DNA of 64,000 nucleotides from Desulfatiglandales bacterium (GTDB lineage: Bacteria; Desulfobacterota; DSM-4660; Desulfatiglandales; Desulfatiglandaceae): assembly GCA_963662465.1 (NCBI GenBank), contig OY759599.1, positions 4,672,001-4,736,000 of the forward strand. The letters are read 5' to 3'. This document shows positions 50,881 to 60,637 of the stretch, in pieces. Numbering within the stretch: the first letter of the stretch is position 1; each line of letters opens with the position of its first letter. The translations under genes were made by a program, and so were the position numbers. The notes beneath the pieces were generated by a model that did no database searches, was not told where the DNA came from, and saw only the letters and a program-made list of their open reading frames with translations.

Positions 50881-51202
50881 CCCCATCTTCATCACCGAAT
50901 CATCACCCTGTCCGATTCAGAATTTGAAAAGGCCATGACGCCCTATTTCGGGAAAAACGAATAATCCTTGGTAACCGTTCACAGGGGGCAGAATAAAATT
51001 CGAATACTTAGATATTTGGAATCGGAACACACCAAAAAAAACTTGACTTCCCCATCATTTTAAATAGAATCTACACTTAAAAATTACACATTTTTATAAA
51101 TAACGATGTGGTTTTAATCAAAATCAGCCGGGCTCTGGGCCGAAAGCCCCGGTCTGTTTAGGACATGGGTGGCAAAGCCGATTATGCCGAGCTCGGCATA
51201 AT

Positions 51203-51356
51203 CGTCACAGTTTCGCTACGCATCTATTGCAGACCAATTATGATATTCGTACGATTCAAACAATGCTGGATCACGCCGATGTGAGAACGACAATGATTTA
51301 TACCTTGCGTACCGAGCAAAACCGCGAAAGAAGCAAAAAGTCCGCTGGATTTTTAA
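51203..51356 (+). pseudogene. intI: Integron integrase C-terminal remnant
   Basis: [34 protein letters not shown] (frameshift) ..AKSPLDF*. attC-like sites follow. Confidence 0.8.
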
Positions 51357-51400
51357 CTTTTTATGCTACAGCAGCAACATGGCACAACTTTTGCTTTTAT

Positions 51401-51462
51401 AGATAACGCCCTATTTGAGGTATTGAAGGGACCGAATCCGTCCCTTTAATAACTTGTTGGAC
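51401..51462 (+). other. Possible degenerate attC site
   Basis: ATAAC...GTTGGAC ends with an internal AAGGGAC/GTCCCTT stem. Confidence 0.4.
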
Positions 51463-51535
51463 AGACCGCTACGCGGGGAGAGGGGCAAAAGCCACAATCT
51501 CCAATCGCAGAAACCGTGCCAAGAACGCAAAAAAA

Positions 51536-51667
51536 AATCAACCAGCCGTTCAAGTCGGATATTTTCTGTACCAAAATTTGCAATAAACATCATTTGCCCG
51601 TAAACACGTCATTTGCTCACGGGCAATTTTTGGTCCAGAAAATTACCGCTTAACTAAATCGTTGGCT
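51536..51667 (+). other. attC recombination site
   Basis: TCAAC-CAGCCG-TTCAAGTCGG ... CCGCTTAA-CTAAATC-GTTGGCT, with a long internal stem ATTTTCTGTACCAAAATTTGC / GCAATTTTTGGTCCAGAAAAT. Confidence 0.75.
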
Positions 51668-51846
51668 GTCTCATAATTGAGAAGAAATCATGGATGACAC
51701 GTTGGAAACCCATTAACCTTGAAGAATTTTCCGGGGACCAAAGAAGAAGATATATGATGAATCAAATCTCGCATGCGTACTTATCGGGACGAGCTACCTT
51801 TCGCAATTGTTGGCGAATATCACCACACGCCACCGTCAAATGGGAC

Positions 51847-51905
51847 TTGACGAATCGATATTAAGGGTTATAATAAACCCACTAAAACTATTTTAGGGGT
51901 ATTAT
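51847..51905 (+). promoter_or_regulatory. Sigma70-type promoter with an overlapping inverted-repeat operator
   Basis: TTGACG-N16-TATAAT, then an imperfect inverted repeat AAACCCACTAAAA / TTTTAGGGGTATT before the ATG. Confidence 0.6.
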
Positions 51906-52253
51906 ATGACTCGAAATACGCTTGGAAAAGATGGGTTGCCGCTATCGTTGCGACAAAAAATGGATAAGGTGGGCCTGAATATCAAACTGGCCAGAAAGCG
52001 ACGAGGTTTAACAATGCAGGACATGGCCGAACGCATGTTTGTCACACGAAAGACCCTCAACCGGCTTGAATCTGGAGATCCGGGTGTGAGTTTCGGCATC
52101 CTGGCGGCGGCGCTTTTGACGTTGGGCCTTGAAAACGATCTAAGCCATCTGGCGAAACCCGAAAACGACCTTACCGCAAACATAATTGACAAGCAAAGCT
52201 ATGATCAAAAAAAACGCATTCGACCTTCCCGTAAAGTCGATCTGGATTTTTAG
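51906..52253 (+). CDS. XRE-HTH antitoxin (HipB-like)
   Basis: IKLARKRRGLTMQDMAERMFVTRKTLNRLESGDPGV. Confidence 0.88.
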   Translation: MTRNTLGKDGLPLSLRQKMDKVGLNIKLARKRRGLTMQDMAERMFVTRKTLNRLESGDPGVSFGILAAALLTLGLENDLSHLAKPENDLTANIIDKQSYDQKKRIRPSRKVDLDF

Positions 52254-52264
52254 CGGAAAAACCC

Positions 52265-53512
52265 ATGGCAAAGCAGAATGACGCATATGTATTCATTCAT
52301 TTAAGCGGGAAGTGGGTTCCCTGCGGATACTTGACCATTCAGGAAGACAACCGAGACATCCTTTCCACGTTCCAGTACGGTAAAAAGTACCTGCAGCGCA
52401 TAGACGCCATATCCATTGACCCAGTTCAGCTTCCCCTAAGTGATGCCCTTTTCAGATCGACACCCAAAGCACCCCTTTTCGGAGGGATACGGGATACAAT
52501 GCCCGATGAATGGGGCAGGCACCTCCTTGACAGAGCAGCGGACCCCCAATCACCGGGAGAATTTGAATATCTGACCGCCCTTCCAGCCGAGGACCGAATC
52601 GGCGCCCTAGGTTTTGGCAGTTCTTTGGAGCAGGGTCCGGGCCCGATTCATCCGGGGTGGACCAATTATCCGCCCCATGGGGCGGAACTTGATCTGGACA
52701 GCATGATTAAAGCCGTGGATGAGATTACAAATGAAAAAACGATTTCACCTGAATATCGCCGGTTCCTTGTTCGGGGATCTTCCTTAGGGGGCGCACAGCC
52801 AAAAGCGCCCACAACGCATGAAGGTCGAATGTGGATGGCTAAGTTCAGCAGGCAGTATGATGCATGGAGCACATGCCGCATTGAAAATGCAAACCTACAC
52901 CTTGCCCGAATGTGCGGCATTGTTGTTCCTAAAACAAAAACCATTTCAGTGGCCGGCAGAGATGTTTTCTTGATTTTAAGATTTGACCGTGATCTCAACG
53001 AAAACAGAATCCCCTTTATTTCTGCCGCTACACTGCTGGTAACGGATCAATTAACGGAAGGAACCTATCAGGATATTGCCGTTCAGATGCGAAAATACTG
53101 CGCTTCCTCATCCATTCACGAAGATCTAAAACAGCTATTTATGCGAATGGTTTTCAACGTATTGTGCAACAACACCGATGACCATCTCAAAAATCACGGG
53201 TTTATCCATATTTCAGGCCAAGGTTGGCGGCTTTCGCCCGCCTACGATATTGTTCCACAACCGGACATGGGGTCTGAAGAGCCTCGGAGGTTAACCCTCG
53301 GTGTAGGAATGAACGGCAGCCGGGAGGCGACCCTGCAAAACGCCTTATCTTCCTGCGGTGTTTTTGGTTTGCCAGAGGAAGACGGTGAAAAGATCATAGA
53401 TCAAATGAAAACGAAGTTTCTGTCCCAGTGGGAAGAGGTATATTCGGAATATCATGTCCCTCCAGAAAACTTTCCGGGACTGGCCAAAGCGTTTGTCAAT
53501 CATCTGCGGTAA
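52265..53512 (+). CDS. hipA: HipA family toxin kinase
   Basis: SLGGAQPKA, AKF, RFDR, NTDDHLKNHG, LSPAYDI. Confidence 0.92.
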   Translation: MAKQNDAYVFIHLSGKWVPCGYLTIQEDNRDILSTFQYGKKYLQRIDAISIDPVQLPLSDALFRSTPKAPLFGGIRDTMPDEWGRHLLDRAADPQSPGEFEYLTALPAEDRIGALGFGSSLEQGPGPIHPGWTNYPPHGAELDLDSMIKAVDEITNEKTISPEYRRFLVRGSSLGGAQPKAPTTHEGRMWMAKFSRQYDAWSTCRIENANLHLARMCGIVVPKTKTISVAGRDVFLILRFDRDLNENRIPFISAATLLVTDQLTEGTYQDIAVQMRKYCASSSIHEDLKQLFMRMVFNVLCNNTDDHLKNHGFIHISGQGWRLSPAYDIVPQPDMGSEEPRRLTLGVGMNGSREATLQNALSSCGVFGLPEEDGEKIIDQMKTKFLSQWEEVYSEYHVPPENFPGLAKAFVNHLR

Positions 53513-53627
53513 TGTAATGACAGCATTGCACAACTGTTCAGAATATAGAAATGTAGGAGATCTGAACGAAAAAATTAAAAACATATTGAAATCATTAACA
53601 AACAAAGAACCGCAAAGTTAATTACTG

Positions 53628-53699
53628 CCCCGACATCACAATGCCCCTGATCAGCTGCAGCCTGCGGCTTCCGCTGCCAGGTGATTGTGGGTGTTATGA
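53628..53699 (+). other. attC recombination site (left core AAC>GAC)
   Basis: CCGAC-AT-CACAATGCCCCTG ... CAGGTGATTGTG-GGT-GTTATGA imperfect palindrome. Confidence 0.7.
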
Positions 53700-53769
53700 A
53701 TATACAATTTCTAGAAGTAGATGCAAATTCGCGGGAATCCCAACAAGGGAAACCTTACCGAGGGCTTGA

Positions 53770-54133
53770 TTGGACAGCGGGACTTTTCGAGGCTTGTGTT
53801 TCCACTGCTCTTTCTTATGAATATGAAGAGGTGCTTTCCCGCAAACTCTCGAATATTCGCTGGCAGAAAATGAAACCTGTGTTGGGAACACTGCTTGAAA
53901 GCGCAGCGTTTGCCATTATCCGATATACGTGGAGACCGTCATCTCCAGATCCGGGAGATGAGCATTTGATTGACGCTGCTATGAATTCAGGGGCGATAGT
54001 TGTGACATCCAATATCCGTGACTTTAAAGAAGCTGAAAGATCTTTGGGGTTGGCGATTATGAATCCTGTCGAGTTTGTAGTTTATCTGGCTGCGGAAATT
54101 AATAGAAATGAGGTGCAACATGTCGCAGATTGA
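53770..54133 (+). pseudogene. PIN-domain toxin, 5'-truncated
   Basis: CVSTALSYEYEEVL..WRPSSPDPGDEHLIDAA..IVVTSNIRDF. The N-terminal DTNV motif is missing. Confidence 0.75.
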
Positions 54134-54452
54134 AATAAGTGTGCCGGAGACCCTGCTGTATCAGATGGAGATCACAGCCCGTAAGGAAGGAGTATCCGTT
54201 GAAGAGTATATTCTGTTCGCGCTGACACGCCAGACAATGCTGACTTCTGCAATTAAACGTGTGCCGGAAGAAAACCTCGTTTATCAAAATAAAGATTTTG
54301 CCGATCAGTTAAAAAGATTGGGAACGGCGTCTTCCAAAGAAATGGAAAAGATATTGAGGGAACGTGAAACTGTCAGTGCGGAACCTGTGTTGGAAAAGAA
54401 AACTGTATCACATCTGAAAAACCTTATCGCTGAAGCAAAGATGTCGTCCTGA
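54120..54452 (+). CDS. Ribbon-helix-helix/HicB-like antitoxin
   Basis: IEISVPETLLYQMEITARKEGVSVEEYILFAL; coupled to the PIN gene. Confidence 0.7.
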   Translation: MSQIEISVPETLLYQMEITARKEGVSVEEYILFALTRQTMLTSAIKRVPEENLVYQNKDFADQLKRLGTASSKEMEKILRERETVSAEPVLEKKTVSHLKNLIAEAKMSS

Positions 54453-54881
54453 ATCAAATTATCGGGAGGATCCCTTTGACACATACAATCCGAAAAATCT
54501 TCATCCGCGTGGACATGGGGTACGCCATGCGTGACTATGTGCCGGCCGGGTCCCTGTTCCGAGGGCTCAAGTATGCCGGACGCCGGTTTCGGGAGCTTTC
54601 CGGGAGCGATAACGCACTGGCCCGCACCATGCGCGGAGATTTCGGCGGGGTGGAAGGCCCCCCCCTGTTTTTACCGGAGACATGAACAGGGCTGACGGTG
54701 CGGTGGTGCTGGAAATGTTTTCCAAGGCGCTGCGATCGCGCCTGCCCTGATGGGATATAAACCACCCAAATAAGACAAGTGGTTTATGAGCCTGAATCGT
54801 GCCATCAATGCATTTCGGGTTGACACCGCCCCGGTTTGCGCTAATATCAGACATAAAATACGGGTATTGATCGTGAAAGAC

Positions 54882-55580
54882 ATGAAAAAGCAAAAGATTC
54901 TTTTCCAATCCCTGCATCTGCTCTGGATCATTCTGATTTTCATAGCGGTTCAGGGGCCGTCCGTATGGGGCGTTTCAAATGCAGCCGAAATGATGGAGGA
55001 ACCCATGTCAAAAAAGGGAGATCTAACCGAAGTGCAAGGGGAATATCTGCTCTCAGAAGCCAGAAAGACAATTCAAACGCACTTTTCCGGCAAAACAGCC
55101 GGCCCCCGGGAGACGAAAGACTTGCCGGCAATTTTCAATGAAAAAAGGGGTACATTTGTAACGCTTACCATCCGCGGAAATCTGAGGGGCTGCATCGGGC
55201 ACATCATACCCCAGGAGTCCCTCATCGAGGGAATTCGAGAAAATGCCATCAATGCGGCGTTCCGAGACCCTCGCTTCAGTCCGCTGACCGGGGATGAATG
55301 GCAAAATGTACACATTGAAATCAGCATTCTAACCGAACCAAAACCCCTGACCTATACCAATGGGAATGATCTTTTGTCCAAGCTTCGACCGGGCATTGAC
55401 GGCGTGATCCTCAAGAAAGGGTTTCATCAGTCCACCTTTCTGCCCCAGGTATGGGAACAGCTGCCGGATAAAAAGGCATTTTTGAATCACCTCTGCCTCA
55501 AAGCGGGCCTGGATGGAGACGCCTGGAAAAAAGGCGACCTCGAAGTTTCCACCTATCAGGTCCAGGCCTTTGAGGAATAA
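54882..55580 (+). CDS. amrA: AmmeMemoRadiSam system protein A (AMMECR1 domain); start 54882 or 55005
   Basis: GTFVTL, LRGCIG, AAFRDPRF, EISIL, TFLPQVW, LCLKAG. Confidence 0.92.
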   Translation: MKKQKILFQSLHLLWIILIFIAVQGPSVWGVSNAAEMMEEPMSKKGDLTEVQGEYLLSEARKTIQTHFSGKTAGPRETKDLPAIFNEKRGTFVTLTIRGNLRGCIGHIIPQESLIEGIRENAINAAFRDPRFSPLTGDEWQNVHIEISILTEPKPLTYTNGNDLLSKLRPGIDGVILKKGFHQSTFLPQVWEQLPDKKAFLNHLCLKAGLDGDAWKKGDLEVSTYQVQAFEE

Positions 55581-57706
55581 TGCTGTCTCATGGAAGATTC
55601 GCCACCCGGCGTTTCCGTTCTTTAGTAGTTGCATCCATCATCGGAATCGGCATATCTTCCGTCACCACCCAGATTCTAACCATTCGAGAGTTTCTAACCC
55701 AGTTTCACGGCAATGAAATCACCATCAGCCTGGTCATCTTCTGTTGGCTGGTGCTGACGGGAACCGGAACCCTCGTCGCGAAATTTTTCAAAACCGCATC
55801 TCTCGGGGCTTACCTGGTTCTCACCCTCATCATTGCCGTCGGGCCTCTTTTTCAGATCATCGGCATCCGGATTTTCAGGGAACTTTTTTTCACCCATGGC
55901 GTTTCCCCGGGATTCTACCCCATCCTGTTCTATATCCTGATGGCCATGGCGCCCTACTGTCTTCTCACCGGCTTCATCCTCCCCTACACGCAAAAACTTT
56001 TACATGCCGCCCATATTCCTTTTGAAAGTGGAGAACTCTACATCACCGACAGTATGGGCGACATTACGGGCGGGATGCTGTTCAGCTTCCTGCTGGTGTA
56101 TTGGTTTAAACCCTTTGCCGTCATCGCCCTGACCTCCTCTCTTCTCCTCCTGACGGCGTTCTTCCTAACAGGCTTGTTTCGAAAATGGATTTTGATGGCT
56201 GTTGCCATTTGCCTGGCGGTCGTTTTTTATGGGATGGCTTTGATCCCTTCCCTGGAAACGCGCACCCTCGAAAACCAGTACGGAAATATCGCGGCATACA
56301 TTGAATCCCCCTTCGGACGGATTGTGGTCTCAAAGGAAGGCCCTCAATATACCTTCTGGGAGTCGGGGCTGCCCCTTTATTCAGATGCCAACATCATTGA
56401 GGCAGAGGAAAAGGTGCATTATCCCCTGAGCCAGTTAAACGGGGTGAAAAACCTGCTCCTGGTGTCGGGGGGCCTGGGAGAAACCCTCACGGAAATCGCC
56501 AAATACCGGCCTCATCGTGTGGATTATGTAGAGCTGGACCCGGCCCTAACCCAAACAGCCCTGGAGTTGGGGATCATCAAAACGGCCCCTTTTGTCAACA
56601 TCATCAACACCGACGCCAGACGGTACATGTCGTCCGCCGAAACGTCATATGATGCCGTCACTTTGGATCTTCCGGACCCCGATACCTTTCAGATCAACCG
56701 CTTTTTTACGGACGAATTTTTTGCCCTGGCAAAGGGTGTTCTGAACCCGAACGGCATCCTTTCCCTGAGCATGACCTATTCTCCCAATTACCTGAGCGAC
56801 CTTCGAAAGAAAAAATTATCCACCCTTTATCATACCGCGAAAAAGCATTTTAAAAACATTCTGGTTCTTCCCGGCGAGCAGGCCTGTTTTCTTTTGAGCG
56901 ACGGTCCCCTTTCCGCCCGTATCCCCGAACAACTGCGGTCGAAGGGTATTTCGACCTCCTATATCGATGGCTTTTTCCATGGCAACGCGACGGAAGAACG
57001 AATTCTAAAACTCAGGGCACAGCTGGATCAAAACAAAACCCTCAACACCGATTTTAACCCCAGGCTCATGCATCTTGTTTTCCGGGAATGGTTTACCCAA
57101 TACGGCGCCACACCGGCCTACTTCATCTGGAGCGTGGCGGGACTCCTGCTGCTCTATATGATTTCCATGAAAAAGGAGGAATATATCCTTTTTTCAACCG
57201 GTTTTTCCGCCATGGGCCTGGAAATGGCCATTATTTTTGCATTCCAGATCATTTATGGTTATATTTACATGGCCATTGGCGCCATTATCACGGTATTCCT
57301 GTTGGGTTTGTTGCCGGGGGCCATGGTCGGGAAAAAATGGAAGGCCAAAAACAGCGTCAAGATGGGACTGTCGGAGGCAGCCCTGCTGGCCCTGCTGGCG
57401 TCTTTTTTCAGTTGGTCCTGGTGGTTCAAGGTGCCGATTCACCCGTCATGGTTTTTCGCGTTCTGTTTTGTGTTCTCATTTTTCTGTGGATTTCAGTTTC
57501 CCGTGGCCGCAAACATGATCGGCGAAGCCCGGAGTCCCGCGGCCGGTTGTCTGGCCGCGGATTTGTGCGGCGCGGCCGTGGGGACCCTGGCCGTGGGGAC
57601 CCTGCTCATCCCTTTGTGGGGAATGGGGGCGGCGGTTTTGGGGTTAATGCTGGTAAAGGGTTCCAGTACCCTGCTCTGGATGGTTGGTCGGAAGGTCTGG
57701 AACTGA
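55580..57706 (+). CDS. Polytopic membrane protein with a spermidine-synthase-like SAM-binding domain
   Basis: TM bundles on both sides of LLVSGG, YVELDP, TDAR, DLPDP...NRFFT.EFF. Confidence 0.8.
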   Translation: MLSHGRFATRRFRSLVVASIIGIGISSVTTQILTIREFLTQFHGNEITISLVIFCWLVLTGTGTLVAKFFKTASLGAYLVLTLIIAVGPLFQIIGIRIFRELFFTHGVSPGFYPILFYILMAMAPYCLLTGFILPYTQKLLHAAHIPFESGELYITDSMGDITGGMLFSFLLVYWFKPFAVIALTSSLLLLTAFFLTGLFRKWILMAVAICLAVVFYGMALIPSLETRTLENQYGNIAAYIESPFGRIVVSKEGPQYTFWESGLPLYSDANIIEAEEKVHYPLSQLNGVKNLLLVSGGLGETLTEIAKYRPHRVDYVELDPALTQTALELGIIKTAPFVNIINTDARRYMSSAETSYDAVTLDLPDPDTFQINRFFTDEFFALAKGVLNPNGILSLSMTYSPNYLSDLRKKKLSTLYHTAKKHFKNILVLPGEQACFLLSDGPLSARIPEQLRSKGISTSYIDGFFHGNATEERILKLRAQLDQNKTLNTDFNPRLMHLVFREWFTQYGATPAYFIWSVAGLLLLYMISMKKEEYILFSTGFSAMGLEMAIIFAFQIIYGYIYMAIGAIITVFLLGLLPGAMVGKKWKAKNSVKMGLSEAALLALLASFFSWSWWFKVPIHPSWFFAFCFVFSFFCGFQFPVAANMIGEARSPAAGCLAADLCGAAVGTLAVGTLLIPLWGMGAAVLGLMLVKGSSTLLWMVGRKVWN

Positions 57707-57738
57707 AATGTCCAAAAAGGTCAACGCGGGTAATGATC

Positions 57739-58923
57739 ATGGATAAATTGATGACGCGCAAGGAATTTCTGAAATCAGCGGCCCTGGGGGCGTCAGCCCT
57801 GCTCTGTGCGGGAACGGGGTATGGTTTTTGGGGGAAGAGTCCCCATTGCACCGGCAGCATCAAAGGGAGCATCACCCGAAACGATGCACCGACGAAACCC
57901 ACCAAATGGTCCATCGAGGGTTTCTACTATGTTTCGGACGAAAAAACCGTACAGTGCCAGGTCTGTCCCAACCGGTGCATCCTGGAGCCGGGGGACCGCG
58001 GCATTTGCCGCTCCAAAGTGAATATCGGGGGAAAACTCTATTCCCTGACCTACGGCAATCCCTGCGCCGTCCATTTGGACCCCATCGAAAAAAAACCCCT
58101 GGCCCACTTTTATCCCCGCTCCAGTGCCTTTTCCATTGCCGCCACCGGCTGCAATTTCAGATGCCTGAACTGCCAAAACTGGGAAATTTCACAGAAAAAG
58201 CCGGAAGAGGTGGAACATATGACCCTCTTTCCCAAAGAGGTGGTGGCGGCGGCCCTGAAAAAAGGCGCCCTCTCCATTGCCTATACCTATTCGGAACCCA
58301 CCACTTTCTATGAATATATGTTGGATACAGCTAAAATAGCGCGTTCGGCCGGCCTCAAAAATGTACTCATCAGCAACGGCTACATCAACCGCGAACCGCT
58401 TCTGGCCCTATGCAAATACCTGGATGGGGCCAATGTGAACCTCAAATCCTTTGATAATGCCATCTATGGCTGTCTCAACGGTGGAACGCTGGAACCGGTA
58501 TTAAACACCTTCAAGACCCTTCATCAACAAGGGGTCTGGTTTGAAATGACCACCCTGGTGGTTCCCACCTACGTGGACAAACCGGAGATGATCAAGCGCA
58601 TGTGCGGATGGATTTTAAAAGAACTGGGACCGGATTATCCCCTCCATTTTTTGCGGTTTTTTCCCCAATACAAACTCAACCGCCTTCCAGCCACCCCCAT
58701 TTCGACCCTTGAGGAATTGCGACAAATCGCCATTAAAGAAGGCATCCGCTATGTATACCTGGGCAATGTGCCGGGCCATGAGGGAACACAGACCTATTGT
58801 CACCAATGCCAAAAGGTGATTGTTCAGCGAAACGGCTATTGGATTAAGGAAATTCACATGAAGGACGGCAAGTGCGCCTATTGCGGAACATCCGTGCCCG
58901 GACGGTGGGGGAAAGGCAAATAA
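57739..58923 (+). CDS. amrS: AmmeMemoRadiSam radical SAM enzyme with a Tat-like leader
   Basis: CQVCPNRC, DPIEKKPL, GCNFRCLNCQNWEISQ, AYTYSEP, YVYLGNVPG; leader MTRKEFLK. Confidence 0.92.
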   Translation: MDKLMTRKEFLKSAALGASALLCAGTGYGFWGKSPHCTGSIKGSITRNDAPTKPTKWSIEGFYYVSDEKTVQCQVCPNRCILEPGDRGICRSKVNIGGKLYSLTYGNPCAVHLDPIEKKPLAHFYPRSSAFSIAATGCNFRCLNCQNWEISQKKPEEVEHMTLFPKEVVAAALKKGALSIAYTYSEPTTFYEYMLDTAKIARSAGLKNVLISNGYINREPLLALCKYLDGANVNLKSFDNAIYGCLNGGTLEPVLNTFKTLHQQGVWFEMTTLVVPTYVDKPEMIKRMCGWILKELGPDYPLHFLRFFPQYKLNRLPATPISTLEELRQIAIKEGIRYVYLGNVPGHEGTQTYCHQCQKVIVQRNGYWIKEIHMKDGKCAYCGTSVPGRWGKGK

Positions 58924-58924
58924 G

Positions 58925-58976
58925 TGTCTTCCGATGAAAGACAATAAATCAAAAACTTGTCTCTCTAATAAAGACA
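58925..58976. promoter_or_regulatory. Two tandem palindromic operator-like sites, TGTCT-N9-AGACA
   Basis: 58925-58943 and 58958-58976, upstream of the ATPase gene. Confidence 0.6.
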
Positions 58977-59019
58977 AATATCCGTTGCATCTTTCGCATC
59001 AGCATGGTATTTTCCAGTC

Positions 59020-60345
59020 ATGGAATTGATTATCGAACAGCTCATCTCGGATTTTCATGAGCAGGAACTTCCTTCCTTTACACCGCGGCGGGCGACATTG
59101 CCATGGCTGCCCGGTAAGGCGGACACCATCATTGGCATGCGGAGATCGGGAAAAACCTGGTTTCTATTTCAGGTCGTCTCCGAGTTACTCTCGAAAGGTA
59201 GTCCAAAAGAAAGCATGCTGTATCTGAACCTGGAAGACGAACGACTGCTGCCCATGACCGCTTCGGATCTTCATTGGATAACAGATGTATATTACAGGAG
59301 ATATCCTCACTTTCGCGAAATGCAGTGCTGTTTTTTCTTTGATGAAATCCAGAACATATCCGGATGGGAACGCTTTGTCAGGCGGTTGCTGGATACGGAA
59401 AAGGCCCATATCTGCCTGACGGGGTCTTCAGCCAAGCTCTTAAGCCGGGAGATCGCCACCAGCTTAAGGGGCAGATCGCTTTCAACGGAAATATTCCCCT
59501 TCAGTTTTCTGGAGTTTTTAAATCATGAGGGCATTGACGTAGACTTTCGGCGACGACCCGGCGCAAAAAAACGCTCCATACTGGAAAACCGCCTGCTCGT
59601 TTATCTTCAACAGGGTGGATTTCCGGAAGTTCAAAATATTTCCGGCCCATACCGCGCACGGGTCCTTCAAGAATATCTTGATGTTGTCATTCTTCGTGAC
59701 CTTGTGGAACGGCATCGAATATCCAACATCGTTCCCCTTCGATACATGATCCGTCGCATGCTCAACAGCACCGCTTCCCTCCTGAGCATTAACAAATTGC
59801 ACAATGAAATGAAATCACAGGGAATCCCGTGCGGAAAGAACATGCTGCATGAATTTTTATCCTACCTGTCAGATGCATATCTGTTTTTTCAGGCGCCCAT
59901 GCACACCCACTCCGAACGTGCGCGAATGGTCAATCCCAAAAAGATATACGCCATTGACACAGGACTGGTTCGCGCCTGTTCGCGCCGCGCATCCCCCGAA
60001 TGGGGGCATCTTCTCGAAAACTTCGTATTTCTGGCCTTACGACGCAATCATGATCAGATTGAATACTATAAAACAGCCGATGGACATGAGGTGGATTTCC
60101 TGGTGACGACGATCGAGGGGAAAAGGCTTTTGATTCAGGCTGTTGCCGAATTCAACGACCCATCGACCCGAAAACGGGAGTTGCGGGCTATCGAGGAAGC
60201 CATGGGAGAACTCAAAATAGACCACGGCGCCATCGTAACGCTCAGCATGGAAGAAAAACTGCAAACCCCGGTCGGCTCAATTGATGTATGCCCCGCCTGG
60301 CTTTGGGGAATTTGGGGAGGCAAAAGCCCATGGGAAAACAGTTGA
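59020..60345 (+). CDS. AAA_14/DUF4143 ATP-binding protein
   Basis: GMRRSGKT, FFDEIQ, LTGSSA, GGFPE, KIYAIDTGL, EVDF. Confidence 0.9.
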   Translation: MELIIEQLISDFHEQELPSFTPRRATLPWLPGKADTIIGMRRSGKTWFLFQVVSELLSKGSPKESMLYLNLEDERLLPMTASDLHWITDVYYRRYPHFREMQCCFFFDEIQNISGWERFVRRLLDTEKAHICLTGSSAKLLSREIATSLRGRSLSTEIFPFSFLEFLNHEGIDVDFRRRPGAKKRSILENRLLVYLQQGGFPEVQNISGPYRARVLQEYLDVVILRDLVERHRISNIVPLRYMIRRMLNSTASLLSINKLHNEMKSQGIPCGKNMLHEFLSYLSDAYLFFQAPMHTHSERARMVNPKKIYAIDTGLVRACSRRASPEWGHLLENFVFLALRRNHDQIEYYKTADGHEVDFLVTTIEGKRLLIQAVAEFNDPSTRKRELRAIEEAMGELKIDHGAIVTLSMEEKLQTPVGSIDVCPAWLWGIWGGKSPWENS

Positions 60346-60382
60346 TAATGAATTCGGTGGTTTACCTTGCTACAGAAAAATA

Positions 60383-60601
60383 TCATTCGTTGGATGACGC
60401 TTCTTCAAAAGCGTTGCAATGATGCTGAAACATAGCCCACTGTCCCCGGCTGCCATCCCAGGGCTGGGCTCTGCATTCCCCAAGGGCATGGGGACTGTTG
60501 TGTTCGGCACGGTTTTCAAAAAAACTGAAGTGGCGACACATGCGGCAACAAATCAGGTCTTCCGGCGTATGCTCTGTTTTCGGATGGGTTTTACCGGCCA
60601 T
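60383..60601 (-). CDS. Small Cys-containing hypothetical protein
   Basis: CCRMCRHF..GECR..HHCNAFE; downstream of the radical SAM gene. Confidence 0.55.
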   Translation of the reverse strand: MAGKTHPKTEHTPEDLICCRMCRHFSFFENRAEHNSPHALGECRAQPWDGSRGQWAMFQHHCNAFEEASSNE

Positions 60602-60637
60602 TATTTTCTCCAACAAGAATTTTTCACACCTGTTTCT

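Noticed and set aside
50971..50983. Possible IS66-type terminal repeat GTAACCGTTCA
   Set aside because: A single short end with no partner or transposase nearby.
51121..51178. c-di-GMP riboswitch-like sequence
   Set aside because: Only a partial resemblance (GAAAGCCCCGGTCT); I cannot build the two-stem structure.
54476..54685. 69-aa ORF after the antitoxin
   Set aside because: GC-rich and probably a gene tail at the island boundary, but I cannot assign it.
57088..57738. Long N-terminal extension of AmrS in the ORF track
   Set aside because: It overlaps the membrane gene in another frame; the real start is near 57739.
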